A stretch of DNA of 64,000 bases from an uncultured Eubacteriales bacterium (GTDB lineage: Bacteria > Bacillota > Clostridia > Oscillospirales > Oscillospiraceae): contig ONSQ01000011.1 in NCBI GenBank assembly GCA_900320465.1, positions 140-64,139 of the forward strand, read 5' to 3'. The first letter of the stretch is position 1. Each line of letters starts with the position of its first letter. A program made the translations under genes and the position numbers. Below are positions 9,252-19,560 of the stretch, in pieces. The notes under the pieces were generated by a model. The model was not told the DNA's origin. It did not search any database and worked only from the letters and a program-made list of their open reading frames with translations.

Positions 9252-11492
9252 ATGGCAAAAGGAAAGAACCTTGTAATCGTCGAGTCGCCGGCGAAGGCCA
9301 AGACGATTGAGCGGTATCTCGGCGGCAATTATAAGGTCAAGGCGTCCATGGGACATCTTCGGGATCTGCCGAAGAGCAAACTGGGCGTCGATATAGAGCA
9401 CGGCTTTGAGCCGGAATACATTCCGGTCAAGGATAAGCGCGAGCTGATCGCGGAACTGAAAAAGGACGCGAAGGCGGCCTCTACGGTCTATCTCGCAACG
9501 GACCCTGACCGCGAGGGCGAGGCCATCTCCTGGCATCTCAAGGAACTGCTGGAGCTGTCCGACGCCAAGGCCCGGCGTGTGACCTTCAACGAGATCACCA
9601 AAAAAGTCGTGACCGAGAGCATCGAAAATCCCCGCGACATCGATGAGAATCTGGTTGACGCTCAGCAGGCGCGCCGGATACTCGACCGCATCGTGGGCTA
9701 TCAGATTTCACCGCTGCTGTGGAAAAAGGTCAAATCCGGCCTCTCCGCTGGGCGCGTCCAGTCTGTGGCCACCCGCATGGTCGTGGACAGAGAAGAAGAA
9801 ATCAAGGCTTTTCAGAGTGAGGAATACTGGCTTCTGGACGCGCTGCTGGACTGCAGCGAGGGAAGCGGCAGCTTCACTGCCCGTTATTACGGCAAGGGCG
9901 ACAAAAAGGTTGAACTGAAGAGTGAGGACGAGGTAAAGGCCGTTATGGCCGAAACCCAGGACGCGCCGTTTGTGATCGACTCGGTCAAGCGCGGGGAAAA
10001 GCAGAAGAGCCCGGCGCCCCCCTTCATCACCTCCACGCTCCAGCAGGAGGCTTCCCGCCGCCTGTCCATGACGCCGCGCCGTACCATGTCCATCGCCCAG
10101 CAGCTTTACGAAGGCGTGGAAATCACTGGCCACGGTACCATCGGCCTGATCACCTATATGAGAACCGACTCGCTGCGCCTGTCCGAAGAGGCGCTGAGTG
10201 CCGCGAGAAGCTATATTACCGAGCGCTATGGAAGCGCATACTATCCCGGCTCACCCCGCCGGTATAAGACCAAGGCAGGCGCGCAGGACGCGCACGAGGC
10301 AATCCGCCCCACCTATGTGGACCTTTCGCCCGACCAGGTTCGTAAGGACCTGACCCAGGAGCAATATCGGCTCTACCGCCTGATCTGGGGGCGTTTTACC
10401 GCCTGTCAGATGGCCAACGCCGTCTACGACAATGTGGCGGTGGATGTGGTCTCTGCTGACCACCACTTCCGCGCCAATTATTCCGAGATGAAATTCCCCG
10501 GCTATACCGCCGTATATGAGGAGGCCCGTGACGAGGAGAGCGGCGAGATCGAGAACCCGCTGCCGTCCCTGAACGAGGGCGAGCGCGTCTATTTGGAGAA
10601 AATGACGCCCCAGCAGCAGTTCACCCAGCCGCCTGCCCGCTATACCGAGGCCACACTGATTCGCGCCATGGAGGAAAAAGGCATAGGACGCCCCTCCACC
10701 TATGCGCCCACGATTACGGCCATCACCTCCCGTGACTACGTCATCAAGGAGGGGAAATACCTCAGCCCCACACCCCTGGGCGAGGTGGTCACCGGACTCA
10801 TGAAGGAGCATTTCGGAGACATCGTCGATCTGAAATTCACCAATCAGATGGAGAGTGAGCTGGACGGCATCGAAAGCGGCAAGGCCGACTGGCGCGCCGT
10901 TCTGGGCGAGTTCTACGGCAATTTTGAAAAGGAAATGGCCGCCGCTGAACAGGCCATGGACGGCGTGCGTATCAAGGTTCCCGATGTGCTCAGCGACGAG
11001 TACTGCGATGTCTGCGGTCGTCAGATGGTCAAAAAGAAGGGCCGCTTCGGCTACTTCCTGGCCTGCCCCGGCTTCCCGGAGTGCACCTTTACCAAGCCTA
11101 TTGTGGTGGAAATGCCCGGCAAATGCCCCAAGTGCGGCAGCAAGATCCTCAAACGCACCAGCAAGAAGGGCTACGTGTTCTACGCCTGCGAGCGGGGTAC
11201 CGACTGCGGCTTCATCACCTGGGACGTGCCTACCAAGGATGTGTGCCCGGCCTGCGGAAAGACCATGTTCAAGCACAGCGGCCGCGGTCCGCTCAAGAGC
11301 TTCTGCATCAACGAGGAATGCACCAACTTTGTTCCCGAGGATAAACGCAGCTATAAGAAGAAAACACCCGCCAAGACCGAAACGGCCGGGAAAAGCGCCG
11401 GAACCAAAACCACAGCAAGGAGAAGTGCCTCCGCTGCGGTGAAGAAGAGTACGGCAAAGAAACCTGCCGCCAAAAAGAAAACCGAGGAATAA
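9252..11492 (+). CDS. topA: DNA topoisomerase I
   Basis: 746 aa. TOPRIM start (LVIVESPAKAKTIERYLG), an active-site region (ITYMRTDS), C-terminal Cys4 zinc ribbons and a Lys-rich tail. Confidence 0.95.
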   Translation: MAKGKNLVIVESPAKAKTIERYLGGNYKVKASMGHLRDLPKSKLGVDIEHGFEPEYIPVKDKRELIAELKKDAKAASTVYLATDPDREGEAISWHLKELLELSDAKARRVTFNEITKKVVTESIENPRDIDENLVDAQQARRILDRIVGYQISPLLWKKVKSGLSAGRVQSVATRMVVDREEEIKAFQSEEYWLLDALLDCSEGSGSFTARYYGKGDKKVELKSEDEVKAVMAETQDAPFVIDSVKRGEKQKSPAPPFITSTLQQEASRRLSMTPRRTMSIAQQLYEGVEITGHGTIGLITYMRTDSLRLSEEALSAARSYITERYGSAYYPGSPRRYKTKAGAQDAHEAIRPTYVDLSPDQVRKDLTQEQYRLYRLIWGRFTACQMANAVYDNVAVDVVSADHHFRANYSEMKFPGYTAVYEEARDEESGEIENPLPSLNEGERVYLEKMTPQQQFTQPPARYTEATLIRAMEEKGIGRPSTYAPTITAITSRDYVIKEGKYLSPTPLGEVVTGLMKEHFGDIVDLKFTNQMESELDGIESGKADWRAVLGEFYGNFEKEMAAAEQAMDGVRIKVPDVLSDEYCDVCGRQMVKKKGRFGYFLACPGFPECTFTKPIVVEMPGKCPKCGSKILKRTSKKGYVFYACERGTDCGFITWDVPTKDVCPACGKTMFKHSGRGPLKSFCINEECTNFVPEDKRSYKKKTPAKTETAGKSAGTKTTARRSASAAVKKSTAKKPAAKKKTEE

Positions 11493-11494
11493 GC

Positions 11495-12808
11495 ATGGAA
11501 ACAGTCACCGTGCTCGGCGCCGGCCTGGCCGGCAGCGAATGCGCCTGGCAGCTGGCAAAACGAGGGATTCCCGTTCGCCTTGTCGAGATGAAGCCCTATA
11601 AGAGAAGCCCCGCCCATGTTTCGGACGACTTTGCCGAACTGGTGTGCTCCAACTCGCTGCGCAGCGACGAGCTGACCAACGCTGTCGGGCTGCTGAAAGC
11701 CGAAATGCGCGAGCTGGACTCTCTCATCATGTACAGCGCGGACCTCAACCGCGTTGCCGCCGGTGGAGCCCTGGCTGTCGATCGTGAGGCTTTCTCCCGC
11801 ACGATCACGGAGAAGCTGGAGAATCACCCCCTGATCGAAATCGTTCGTGAGGAGGCAACCGACATCCCGGACGGCCAGGTGGTTATCGCCACCGGCCCGC
11901 TCTCCAGCGATGCCATCGCGGAAAAAATCGCCGCCCTGTGTCCTGAGAGCGACCTGCACTTTTACGACGCCGTGGCGCCGATCGTCACCATCGACAGCGT
12001 CGATATGGACAGCGCGTTTTTTGCTTCCCGCTATGACAAAGGAACGGAAGATTATGTAAACTGCCCGATGGACAAGGACGAGTATCTCTCCTTCGTCGAA
12101 GAGCTTGCCAACGCCAAAGAGGCGCAGGTGCACGGCTTCGATGACGGCGCGGTGTTCGAGGGCTGCATGCCGGTGGAGGTCATGGCCCGCCGCGGCGTGG
12201 ACACGCTGCGCTATGGCCCGCTCAAGCCTGTGGGGCTGGTGGACCCCCGCACCGGACGCAACAACTACGCCGTCGTTCAGCTGCGCCGCGACAATGCCGA
12301 AGGGACGATCTACAACATCGTCGGCTTCCAGACCCATCTGACCTGGGGCGAGCAGAAGCGGGTGTTCTCGATGATTCCCGCGTTGAAAAACGCCGAGTTT
12401 GTGCGCTACGGCGTCATGCATCGCAACACCTATCTCAACAGCCCCAAGCTTCTGGACCGCTATTACCGTCTGCGGGGCACCGAGCGTCTGAGCTTTGCCG
12501 GTCAGATGACCGGCGTGGAGGGCTATGTCGAAAGCGCTGCCTCGGGCCTTCTGGTGGGCATCGAGACAGCCGCGCGCGTACTGGGGCTGCCCAGCGTGGA
12601 TTTCCCGCAGGATACCGCCATCGGCGCGCTTGCTCTCTATGTCTCCGGCGGCAGCATCGGGGATTTCCAGCCGATGAATATCAACTTCGGCATCATCACG
12701 CCGCTGGATCGGCGTGTCAAAGGCAAACGAAATAAAAACGCGGCCATATCCGAGCGTAGCCTCGCGATCATCCGGGAGAAAAAGAAAAAGGAGATCATGC
12801 AGCTATGA
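11495..12808 (+). CDS. trmFO: Methylenetetrahydrofolate--tRNA-(uracil54-C5)-methyltransferase TrmFO (Gid)
   Basis: 437 aa. FAD motif [16 protein letters not shown] and conserved [20 protein letters not shown]-like sequence ([19 protein letters not shown]). Follows topA. Confidence 0.95.
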   Translation: [437 protein letters not shown]

Positions 12809-13830
12809 GAATCATTGTTGACGCCATGGGCGGAGACAGAGCTCCGCAGGAAATTGTCAAGGGTGCGATCCGTGCGAGAAAAGAGCTCAGCGTCGATATC
12901 ACACTGGTGGGCAAGATCGAAGAGGTCCGCGCCTGCCTTTCCGGCGAGGATCTTGCTGACTACGAGCTGGTGGATGCGCGCGAGGTCATCCTCATGGAGG
13001 ACGATCCCAGCACTGCCACGCGCCGGAAAAAGGATTCTTCCATGGCGGTCGCGCTGCGTCTGCTCAGCGAAGGCAAGGGCGACGCGGTGGTCTCCGCCGG
13101 CTCCACCGGCGCGCTTCTGACCGGCGCGACTTTGACGGTCAAGCGCATTCGCGGCATTCGCCGCGCGGCGCTGGCGCCGATCCTGCCCGCCGGCGAACAC
13201 GGCGTCATGCTGATCGACTGCGGCGCGAATGTGGAGTGCACGGCCGAATATCTGCTCCAGTTTGCCTATATGGGCAGTTATTATGCCAAGAAAATGATGG
13301 GCTGCGATCAGCCCCGCGTAGGCCTGCTGAATGTTGGCACCGAGGATACCAAGGGTGGGGAACTCCAGCACCAGGCTTTCGCCCTGCTCAAGGAAGCTGA
13401 TGAACAGGGACGCATCCGCTTTGTAGGCAATATCGAGGGAACGGGTGTGTTTGAAGGCCAGGCCGACGTGGTCGTCACCGATGGCTTCACCGGCAATGTG
13501 CTGCTCAAATCCACTGAAGGCGTCATCAAGTACATGATGCACGCGCTCAAGGACGTTTTCTATAAGAATACCAAAAACAAGCTGGCCGCCGCGGTGCTGA
13601 AGAACGATCTCGCCGCCATGAAGAAGTCCATGGACGTCAATGAGGTGGGTGGAACGGCGCTCATCGGTATTTCCGCTCCGGTCATCAAGGCCCACGGCTC
13701 GTCCAACGCAGCCAGCTTCTTCGCCGCCGTCCGTCAGGCCAAGGCCTTTGTCGAGGCCGGCGTTACGGAGGACATCAAGGCCAATATCGAATACATGAGG
13801 ATCAAGAGCGACAGTGAAAGAAACGCTTGA
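12805..13830 (+). CDS. plsX: Phosphate acyltransferase PlsX
   Basis: 341 aa. MRIIVDAMGGDRAPQEIVKGA, VSAGSTGALL and VVTDGFTGNVLLKSTEG are classic PlsX motifs. Confidence 0.95.
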   Translation: MRIIVDAMGGDRAPQEIVKGAIRARKELSVDITLVGKIEEVRACLSGEDLADYELVDAREVILMEDDPSTATRRKKDSSMAVALRLLSEGKGDAVVSAGSTGALLTGATLTVKRIRGIRRAALAPILPAGEHGVMLIDCGANVECTAEYLLQFAYMGSYYAKKMMGCDQPRVGLLNVGTEDTKGGELQHQAFALLKEADEQGRIRFVGNIEGTGVFEGQADVVVTDGFTGNVLLKSTEGVIKYMMHALKDVFYKNTKNKLAAAVLKNDLAAMKKSMDVNEVGGTALIGISAPVIKAHGSSNAASFFAAVRQAKAFVEAGVTEDIKANIEYMRIKSDSERNA

Positions 13831-14494
13831 AAGCCGGATCGGCTATCATTTCCATAACCCCGGGCTGTTACAGACGGCGCTGACCCACAGCTCTTACGCC
13901 AACGAGCGGCACGCCGCCGGGGCCGTCAGCTATGAGCGGCTTGAGTTTTTGGGCGACTCGATCCTGGGACTCACCAGTGCGGAGCTTCTCTATGCCCACG
14001 AGCCGGCCCTGCCCGAGGGGCGCATGACCCGGCTGCGGGCCGAACTGGTGTGTGAGAGCAGTCTCCATACGGCTGCGCTTTCGCTGGGCCTGGGGGAGTT
14101 CATGCGCCTGGGCCACGGCGAGGAGCTGACCGGCGGTCGAGAGAGGGCCTCCATCCTGGCTGACATGGTGGAGTCGATCATCGCCGCCATCTATCTGGAC
14201 GGAGGCATCGACGAGGCCAAGGCCTTTATCATGCGGCATGTGCTGCAGGATGCCCGCATTGACGATGTACACCCGAGCGCCGACTACAAGACTGCACTGC
14301 AGGAGTATGTCCAGCGCAACGGTGAGTGTCAGATTCGCTATGAGCTCACCGGCGAATCCGGCCCCGACCACAATAAGACCTTCTCCTTTTCCGTCGCTGT
14401 GGACGGCGTTTTGGTTGGAGAGGGAAGCGGCCGCACCAAGAAAGAGGCCGAGCAGATGGCCGCCTGCCGTGCGCTGGAGAAGCTGCGCGGATGA
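13814..14494 (+). CDS. rnc: Ribonuclease III
   Basis: 226 aa with a GTG start overlapping the plsX end by 17 nt. RNase III signature ERLEFLGDSIL and a C-terminal dsRBD (GPDHNKTFSFSVAVDGVLVGEGSGRTKKEAEQMAA). Confidence 0.95.
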   Translation: MKETLESRIGYHFHNPGLLQTALTHSSYANERHAAGAVSYERLEFLGDSILGLTSAELLYAHEPALPEGRMTRLRAELVCESSLHTAALSLGLGEFMRLGHGEELTGGRERASILADMVESIIAAIYLDGGIDEAKAFIMRHVLQDARIDDVHPSADYKTALQEYVQRNGECQIRYELTGESGPDHNKTFSFSVAVDGVLVGEGSGRTKKEAEQMAACRALEKLRG

Positions 14495-15519
14495 GCGCCC
14501 GCGCCGAAATCATCCCGGTGTTTGTGCCTCACCTCGGCTGCCGGCACAACTGCGTTTTCTGCAACCAGAAGCGTATCAGCGGCAGCGAACAGGCCGCCTC
14601 GGTAGAGACAGTCAAAGAAGCCATCGCGCGCGCAGCCGCCTTGCCCCGCACAGGGGCAAAGCGGCAATTGGCGTTTTATGGGGGCAGCTTCACTGCCATC
14701 GAGGAAAGCCTGCAGGAGACGCTGCTTGCCGCAGCGCAGCAGGCGCTGCAGGAGAGGAGCATCGACGCCATCCGCCTCTCGACGCGCCCGGACGCCATTG
14801 ACGAGCGTGTTTTATCGCGGCTCAAGCGCTATGGCGTGGACACGGTGGAGCTGGGCGCTCAGTCTATGGACGATGAAGTGCTGCGACTGTCACGCCGTGG
14901 CCACACCGCCGCTGATGTAGTGAGAGCGTCTAACCTGGTCTGCGAGGCGGGCTTTTCTCTGGTCCTGCAAATGATGACGGGGCTGCCCGGAGACAGCCCG
15001 GAACGGGACATGGAGACCGCCCGCCGTCTGATCGCGCTGCGGCCGGATGCGGTTCGCCTTTATCCCACGGTGATCGTGCGTGACACCGAGCTGTATGACC
15101 GCTATCTGGCCGGCGAGTATGCCGAACACAGTGTGGAGGATGCGGTGGAAGTGTGCGCCAAGCTCCTGCCTCTTTTCGAGGACTCCGGAATCGAAGTGAT
15201 CCGATTGGGTCTGAACCCGACGGAGGAGCTTACCGGCGGTGCTGCGGTTGCCGGCGCTTATCATCCCGCGTTGGGGGAACTGGTGAAAAGCCGCGTGTAT
15301 CGCAACCGGGCGCGCGCACTCCTTGACGGAATAGCGCCGCATAGCCATGTGGTCCTGGGGGTGGAGGCCCGCGCGATCTCCCAGATGACGGGACAGAAAC
15401 GCGAAAATCTGCGCAATCTGTGCAAAGAATTTAGCCTGGACGGTCTGAAAGTTCGCCCGGCTGCCGTTAAAAAAGGCGAAATCGTCATCTTATCCGTTGA
15501 AAACGACGGGAAAGTGTAA
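14491..15519 (+). CDS. Radical SAM protein (ELP3/MiaB/NifB-like, no acetyltransferase domain)
   Basis: 342 aa with an ATGA overlap with rnc. CxxxCxxC cluster motif in VPHLGCRHNCVFCNQ. Confidence 0.8.
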   Translation: MSARAEIIPVFVPHLGCRHNCVFCNQKRISGSEQAASVETVKEAIARAAALPRTGAKRQLAFYGGSFTAIEESLQETLLAAAQQALQERSIDAIRLSTRPDAIDERVLSRLKRYGVDTVELGAQSMDDEVLRLSRRGHTAADVVRASNLVCEAGFSLVLQMMTGLPGDSPERDMETARRLIALRPDAVRLYPTVIVRDTELYDRYLAGEYAEHSVEDAVEVCAKLLPLFEDSGIEVIRLGLNPTEELTGGAAVAGAYHPALGELVKSRVYRNRARALLDGIAPHSHVVLGVEARAISQMTGQKRENLRNLCKEFSLDGLKVRPAAVKKGEIVILSVENDGKV

Positions 15520-15561
15520 TATAATAATTCAGTTAGCTTTAAATAAGGCGAGGTTGTACAC

Positions 15562-18500
15562 TTGTATCTGAAAGCACTCGTCATTCAGGGCTTTAAGTCC
15601 TTTCCGGACAAGACCCGTTTGACATTTGAAAAGGATATCACGGCGATTGTCGGACCCAACGGCTCCGGCAAGTCAAACATCTCCGATGCGATCCTGTGGG
15701 TCATGGGCGAGCAGCGCACCCGCGCGCTGCGCGGAACCAAGATGGAAGACGTCATTTTCGGCGGCACAGAAAAACGCGGCAAGCTTGGCTTTGCCGAAGT
15801 TTCGCTGATCATCGACAACTCGGCGCATATTTTCGAGAGCGACTCCAACGAGATCATGCTCACGCGCCGCTATTACCGCAGCGGAGAAAGTGAATACTTC
15901 ATCAATCGCGAGAGCGTCCGGCTCAAAGACATCAACAGTCTGCTGATGGACACTGGCCTGGGCCGCGACGGGTATTCCATCATCGGCCAGGGTCGCATCG
16001 GCGAAATCGTCTCTACGAAGAGCACCGACCGGCGCGAAGTCTTTGAGGAAGCGGCAGGCATCTCCCGTTACCGCTATCGCAAGGAAGAAGCCGAGCGCAA
16101 GCTTGAGCGGACCGAGGAGAACCTGCTGCGCATCAACGACAAGATTGAGGAGCTGGAGATGCAGGTCGGCCCGCTGCGCCAGCAGTCGGAGATCGCCAAG
16201 CGCTATCTTGTCCTGAGAGAGGATTTAAAAGTACACGAGATTTCCGCCTGGATGACGACGCTGGAGCGTCTGCATGCCCAGGCGGAGAGCGTGAACCTGG
16301 AATTTGAGCAGGTCACGAAGAGCCTTGAGAATGCCCGTGCCAGCCTGGAGGCGCTGTATGCCTCGTCTGGCAGCATTACCGAGCGCATGCACCAGAAGGA
16401 CATCGAAACCGAGCAGGCGCGTGAGCGTCTGAGCCAGGCTGAAAGTGAAACCGCCTCGTGCGAAGCGGAGGCGGCGGTCATTCGTGCCAATATCGAAAGC
16501 ACGCGGGAAAGCGCGTCCCGACTGGCTGAGGATATGCTCAAGCAGGAGAGTCGGGCCAAGGAACTGCAAGAGCAGATCGACGAGCTGCGTGAACGGATCA
16601 GTGCCATTGATGATGAGCTCGCCGCGGCAGCGGAGCAGGAGGGTCAGACCGCCAATGTGATCGAGGGCTGTCGGCTCAAGCTGAAAAACCGCGAGAGCAT
16701 GCTGACCGACCTCACCGAGCGGGCCAATCGCCTGTCGGTGGAGCTGCAGAGCACCCAGTCGCGCATCACCATGCTCGAGGAGATGGAGAAAAGCTACGAG
16801 GGCTATTCCGGTGCCGTCCGCGCTGTCATGCGCGAGGCCGAGCACGGCGGCCTGCGCGGCGTTCACGGCCCTGCTGCAAACCTGGTGCGCGCCGACAAGG
16901 AGTGCGCATTGGCCATCGAGACCGCGCTGGGCGCCTCCGCACAGCATATCGTGGTGGATACCCAGAATGACGGCAAGAGCGCCATTGAATTTTTAAAACG
17001 GCGCGACGCCGGCCGTGCGACTTTCCTCCCCATCGACACGATTCGCGGCAGCGTCATGCGCGACGCGCCCGTGAACGATCCCGGCTTTGTCGGCGTGGCG
17101 GTGGATCTTGTCAGCTTTGAAGAGACTTACCGCGGCGTTTTTGAGAACCTGCTGGGCCGAACGGTCGTGGCCGAGACGCTCAGCGACGCTGTGCGCATGT
17201 CCAAGGCCTCCGAAAACCGTCTGCGCATCGTTACGCTGGACGGGCAGCTGATCAACGCCGGGGGTTCCATGACCGGCGGCAGCAGTGCGAAAAACAGCGG
17301 TATCCTGTCCCGCGCCAATGAACTGGAGGCTTTGCGCAAGCGTCGTGACAGTTCCGAACAGAAGGCAAAGTCCAGTTCGGCCGAGCTGGAGCGCGCGCGT
17401 GCAAACCTGGCCAACATCCGTTTCCAGCTGGATACCGCGCTGGAGCAGCAGACCGAGCAGCGCAGCGCCCGCTCCTCCCGCGAGGCGGAGAAGCGCACAA
17501 CGCTTAACACGATCTCTCAACTGGATGCGCTGCTGCAGGCTATCACCGGCGACAGCGAGCAGCGCCGCCGCGCTGCGGAGGAAAGTGAGAGCCTGATCCA
17601 GAGCTTCCTTGCACAGCTGGACGAAAAGAAGAGCAAGCTTGCTCTTCTGGGCGAGAAGGCCGCCTCTATCAAGGCCGAGATCGCCGAGATCTCCCGCCGC
17701 CGCATGGAGCTGGAAGGCAAGCGCAGCCGGGCCGAAAAGGAGACACAGGAGCGCAGTGCCGAGATTATCTCGCTGGAGCGTCAGAGCGCCAAAATCGAGC
17801 AGCGCAAGCTCTCGGCCGACATGGAGGAAAAGCAGATTCTCGACAAGCTGTGGGAAAACTACGAGCTGAGCTATTCCTCGGCCAATGCTCTGCGACAGCC
17901 GGTGGAATCCATGGCCAAGGAAAACCGCATCATTGCCGATCTGCGCAAAGAAATCAACTCGCTGGGTACTCCCAACCTGGGCGCCATCGAGGAATACAAG
18001 CGCGTCAGCGAACGCTATGATTTCCTAAGCTCCCAGCGCGACGACGTGGAAAAGGCAAAGAATGAGCTGCTTGGCATCATCCGGGACGTCACCGGTGAGA
18101 TGCGCGAGGTGTTCCTGACCCAGTTCCACGCCATCGACGATGCCTTCCGCACCACCTTCCGTGAATTGTTCGGCGGCGGCAAGGCATCGCTGGAGCTGGA
18201 GGACGAGAACGATGTCCTGTCCTGCGGCATAGAGATCAAGGTCCAGCCCCCGGGCAAGGCGATCACGACGATCAGCCTCCTGAGCGGCGGCGAGATGGCC
18301 TTCGTTGCCATTGCCCTGTATTTTGCCATCCTGAAGGTGCGGCCCACGCCCTTCTGCGTCATGGACGAGATCGAGGCTGCCTTGGATGAGGCCAACGTGA
18401 ACCGCTACGCCGACTATATGCGGCGTATGTCGGATAAGACCCAGTTTCTGGTCATCACACACCGCCGTGGCACGATGGAAGCTGCGGATATGCTCTACGG

Positions 18501-18582
18501 CGTGACGATGCAGGAAAAGGGCGTTTCCAGCGTGATCGAGCTTGACCTCGAGAGCGCGCAGAAAACTGCGGAGGAAGCTTAA
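15562..18582 (+). CDS. smc: Chromosome partition protein SMC (short-armed, 1006 aa)
   Basis: TTG start with GAGG 8 nt upstream. N-terminal head MYLKALVIQGFKSF..GPNGSGKSN, a hinge at about aa 414-570 (GYSGAVRAV..ATFLPID..GGSMTGG), and a C-terminal signature LSGGEMAFVAIAL plus Walker B FCVMDEIEAALD. Confidence 0.9.
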   Translation: MYLKALVIQGFKSFPDKTRLTFEKDITAIVGPNGSGKSNISDAILWVMGEQRTRALRGTKMEDVIFGGTEKRGKLGFAEVSLIIDNSAHIFESDSNEIMLTRRYYRSGESEYFINRESVRLKDINSLLMDTGLGRDGYSIIGQGRIGEIVSTKSTDRREVFEEAAGISRYRYRKEEAERKLERTEENLLRINDKIEELEMQVGPLRQQSEIAKRYLVLREDLKVHEISAWMTTLERLHAQAESVNLEFEQVTKSLENARASLEALYASSGSITERMHQKDIETEQARERLSQAESETASCEAEAAVIRANIESTRESASRLAEDMLKQESRAKELQEQIDELRERISAIDDELAAAAEQEGQTANVIEGCRLKLKNRESMLTDLTERANRLSVELQSTQSRITMLEEMEKSYEGYSGAVRAVMREAEHGGLRGVHGPAANLVRADKECALAIETALGASAQHIVVDTQNDGKSAIEFLKRRDAGRATFLPIDTIRGSVMRDAPVNDPGFVGVAVDLVSFEETYRGVFENLLGRTVVAETLSDAVRMSKASENRLRIVTLDGQLINAGGSMTGGSSAKNSGILSRANELEALRKRRDSSEQKAKSSSAELERARANLANIRFQLDTALEQQTEQRSARSSREAEKRTTLNTISQLDALLQAITGDSEQRRRAAEESESLIQSFLAQLDEKKSKLALLGEKAASIKAEIAEISRRRMELEGKRSRAEKETQERSAEIISLERQSAKIEQRKLSADMEEKQILDKLWENYELSYSSANALRQPVESMAKENRIIADLRKEINSLGTPNLGAIEEYKRVSERYDFLSSQRDDVEKAKNELLGIIRDVTGEMREVFLTQFHAIDDAFRTTFRELFGGGKASLELEDENDVLSCGIEIKVQPPGKAITTISLLSGGEMAFVAIALYFAILKVRPTPFCVMDEIEAALDEANVNRYADYMRRMSDKTQFLVITHRRGTMEAADMLYGVTMQEKGVSSVIELDLESAQKTAEEA

Positions 18583-18583
18583 C

Positions 18584-19492
18584 ATGGGATTTTTTGATAA
18601 ACTGTTTTCCGGACTGACCAAGACCCGCAACAATATGGATGAGCTCGAAGAGCTCTTCCGGGACTATGCCCCCGACAGCGAAGATTTCTATGACGATCTT
18701 GAAGAATTGTTGGTGCTCTCCGACGTAGGCCTGCCCACGGCTGAGGCGGTCATCAAGGGCATGCGCAAGCTGACCTGGGAGCGCCGCTTCCGCAAGGGCT
18801 ACGAGGCGCGGGAGGGCCTGATCGAGCTGCTCAGCAAGATGCTCGCGTCCGAAGACAACGCGCTTAAGCTGACCACGAAGCCCGCGGTCATCCTGATGGT
18901 GGGCGTCAACGGCGTGGGCAAGACCACGACCATCGGAAAGCTTGCTGCCCAGCTCAAAGCAGAGGGGAAAAAGGTCCTGCTCTGCGCGGGCGACACATTC
19001 CGCGCAGCAGCGGCAGAGCAGCTGGACATCTGGGCACAGCGCTCCGGTACGGATATCGTTCGCCACGAGGAAGGCAGCGATCCCGGCGCCGTGGTCTACG
19101 ACGCCATCTGTGCGGCCAAGGCCCGCGGCAGCGATGTGATCATCATCGACACCGCCGGTCGGCTGCACAATAAGCAGAATCTGATGAACGAGCTGGCGAA
19201 AATCCGCCGCATCATCAGCCGCGAGCTGCCGGAGGCGGACGTGGAGACCCTGATGGTCCTGGACGCCACCACAGGCCAGAACGGACTGATCCAGGCCAAG
19301 CAGTTCCTGGAAACCTCTGGCCTGACCGGCATCGTGCTCACCAAGCTGGACGGCACGGCCAAGGGAGGCATCGTCTTTGCTATTGCCAACGAGCTGAAGC
19401 TGCCCGTAAAATACGTGGGCGTGGGCGAGGGGATCGATGATCTCATTCCCTTTGATCCGAAGAGCTTTGTGGAAGCGCTGTTTAAGAAATAA
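18584..19492 (+). CDS. ftsY: Signal recognition particle receptor FtsY
   Basis: Internal ATG at 18584 ([11 protein letters not shown]), 1 nt after the smc stop. NG domain motifs [26 protein letters not shown] and [10 protein letters not shown]. Confidence 0.95.
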   Translation: MGFFDKLFSGLTKTRNNMDELEELFRDYAPDSEDFYDDLEELLVLSDVGLPTAEAVIKGMRKLTWERRFRKGYEAREGLIELLSKMLASEDNALKLTTKPAVILMVGVNGVGKTTTIGKLAAQLKAEGKKVLLCAGDTFRAAAAEQLDIWAQRSGTDIVRHEEGSDPGAVVYDAICAAKARGSDVIIIDTAGRLHNKQNLMNELAKIRRIISRELPEADVETLMVLDATTGQNGLIQAKQFLETSGLTGIVLTKLDGTAKGGIVFAIANELKLPVKYVGVGEGIDDLIPFDPKSFVEALFKK

Positions 19493-19560
19493 TACAGCTC
19501 AGCTGCCAGCCCGGCCGGCAACTTCCGGCTTGGGAAGGCTATAAAGAAGGAGATAGAATT

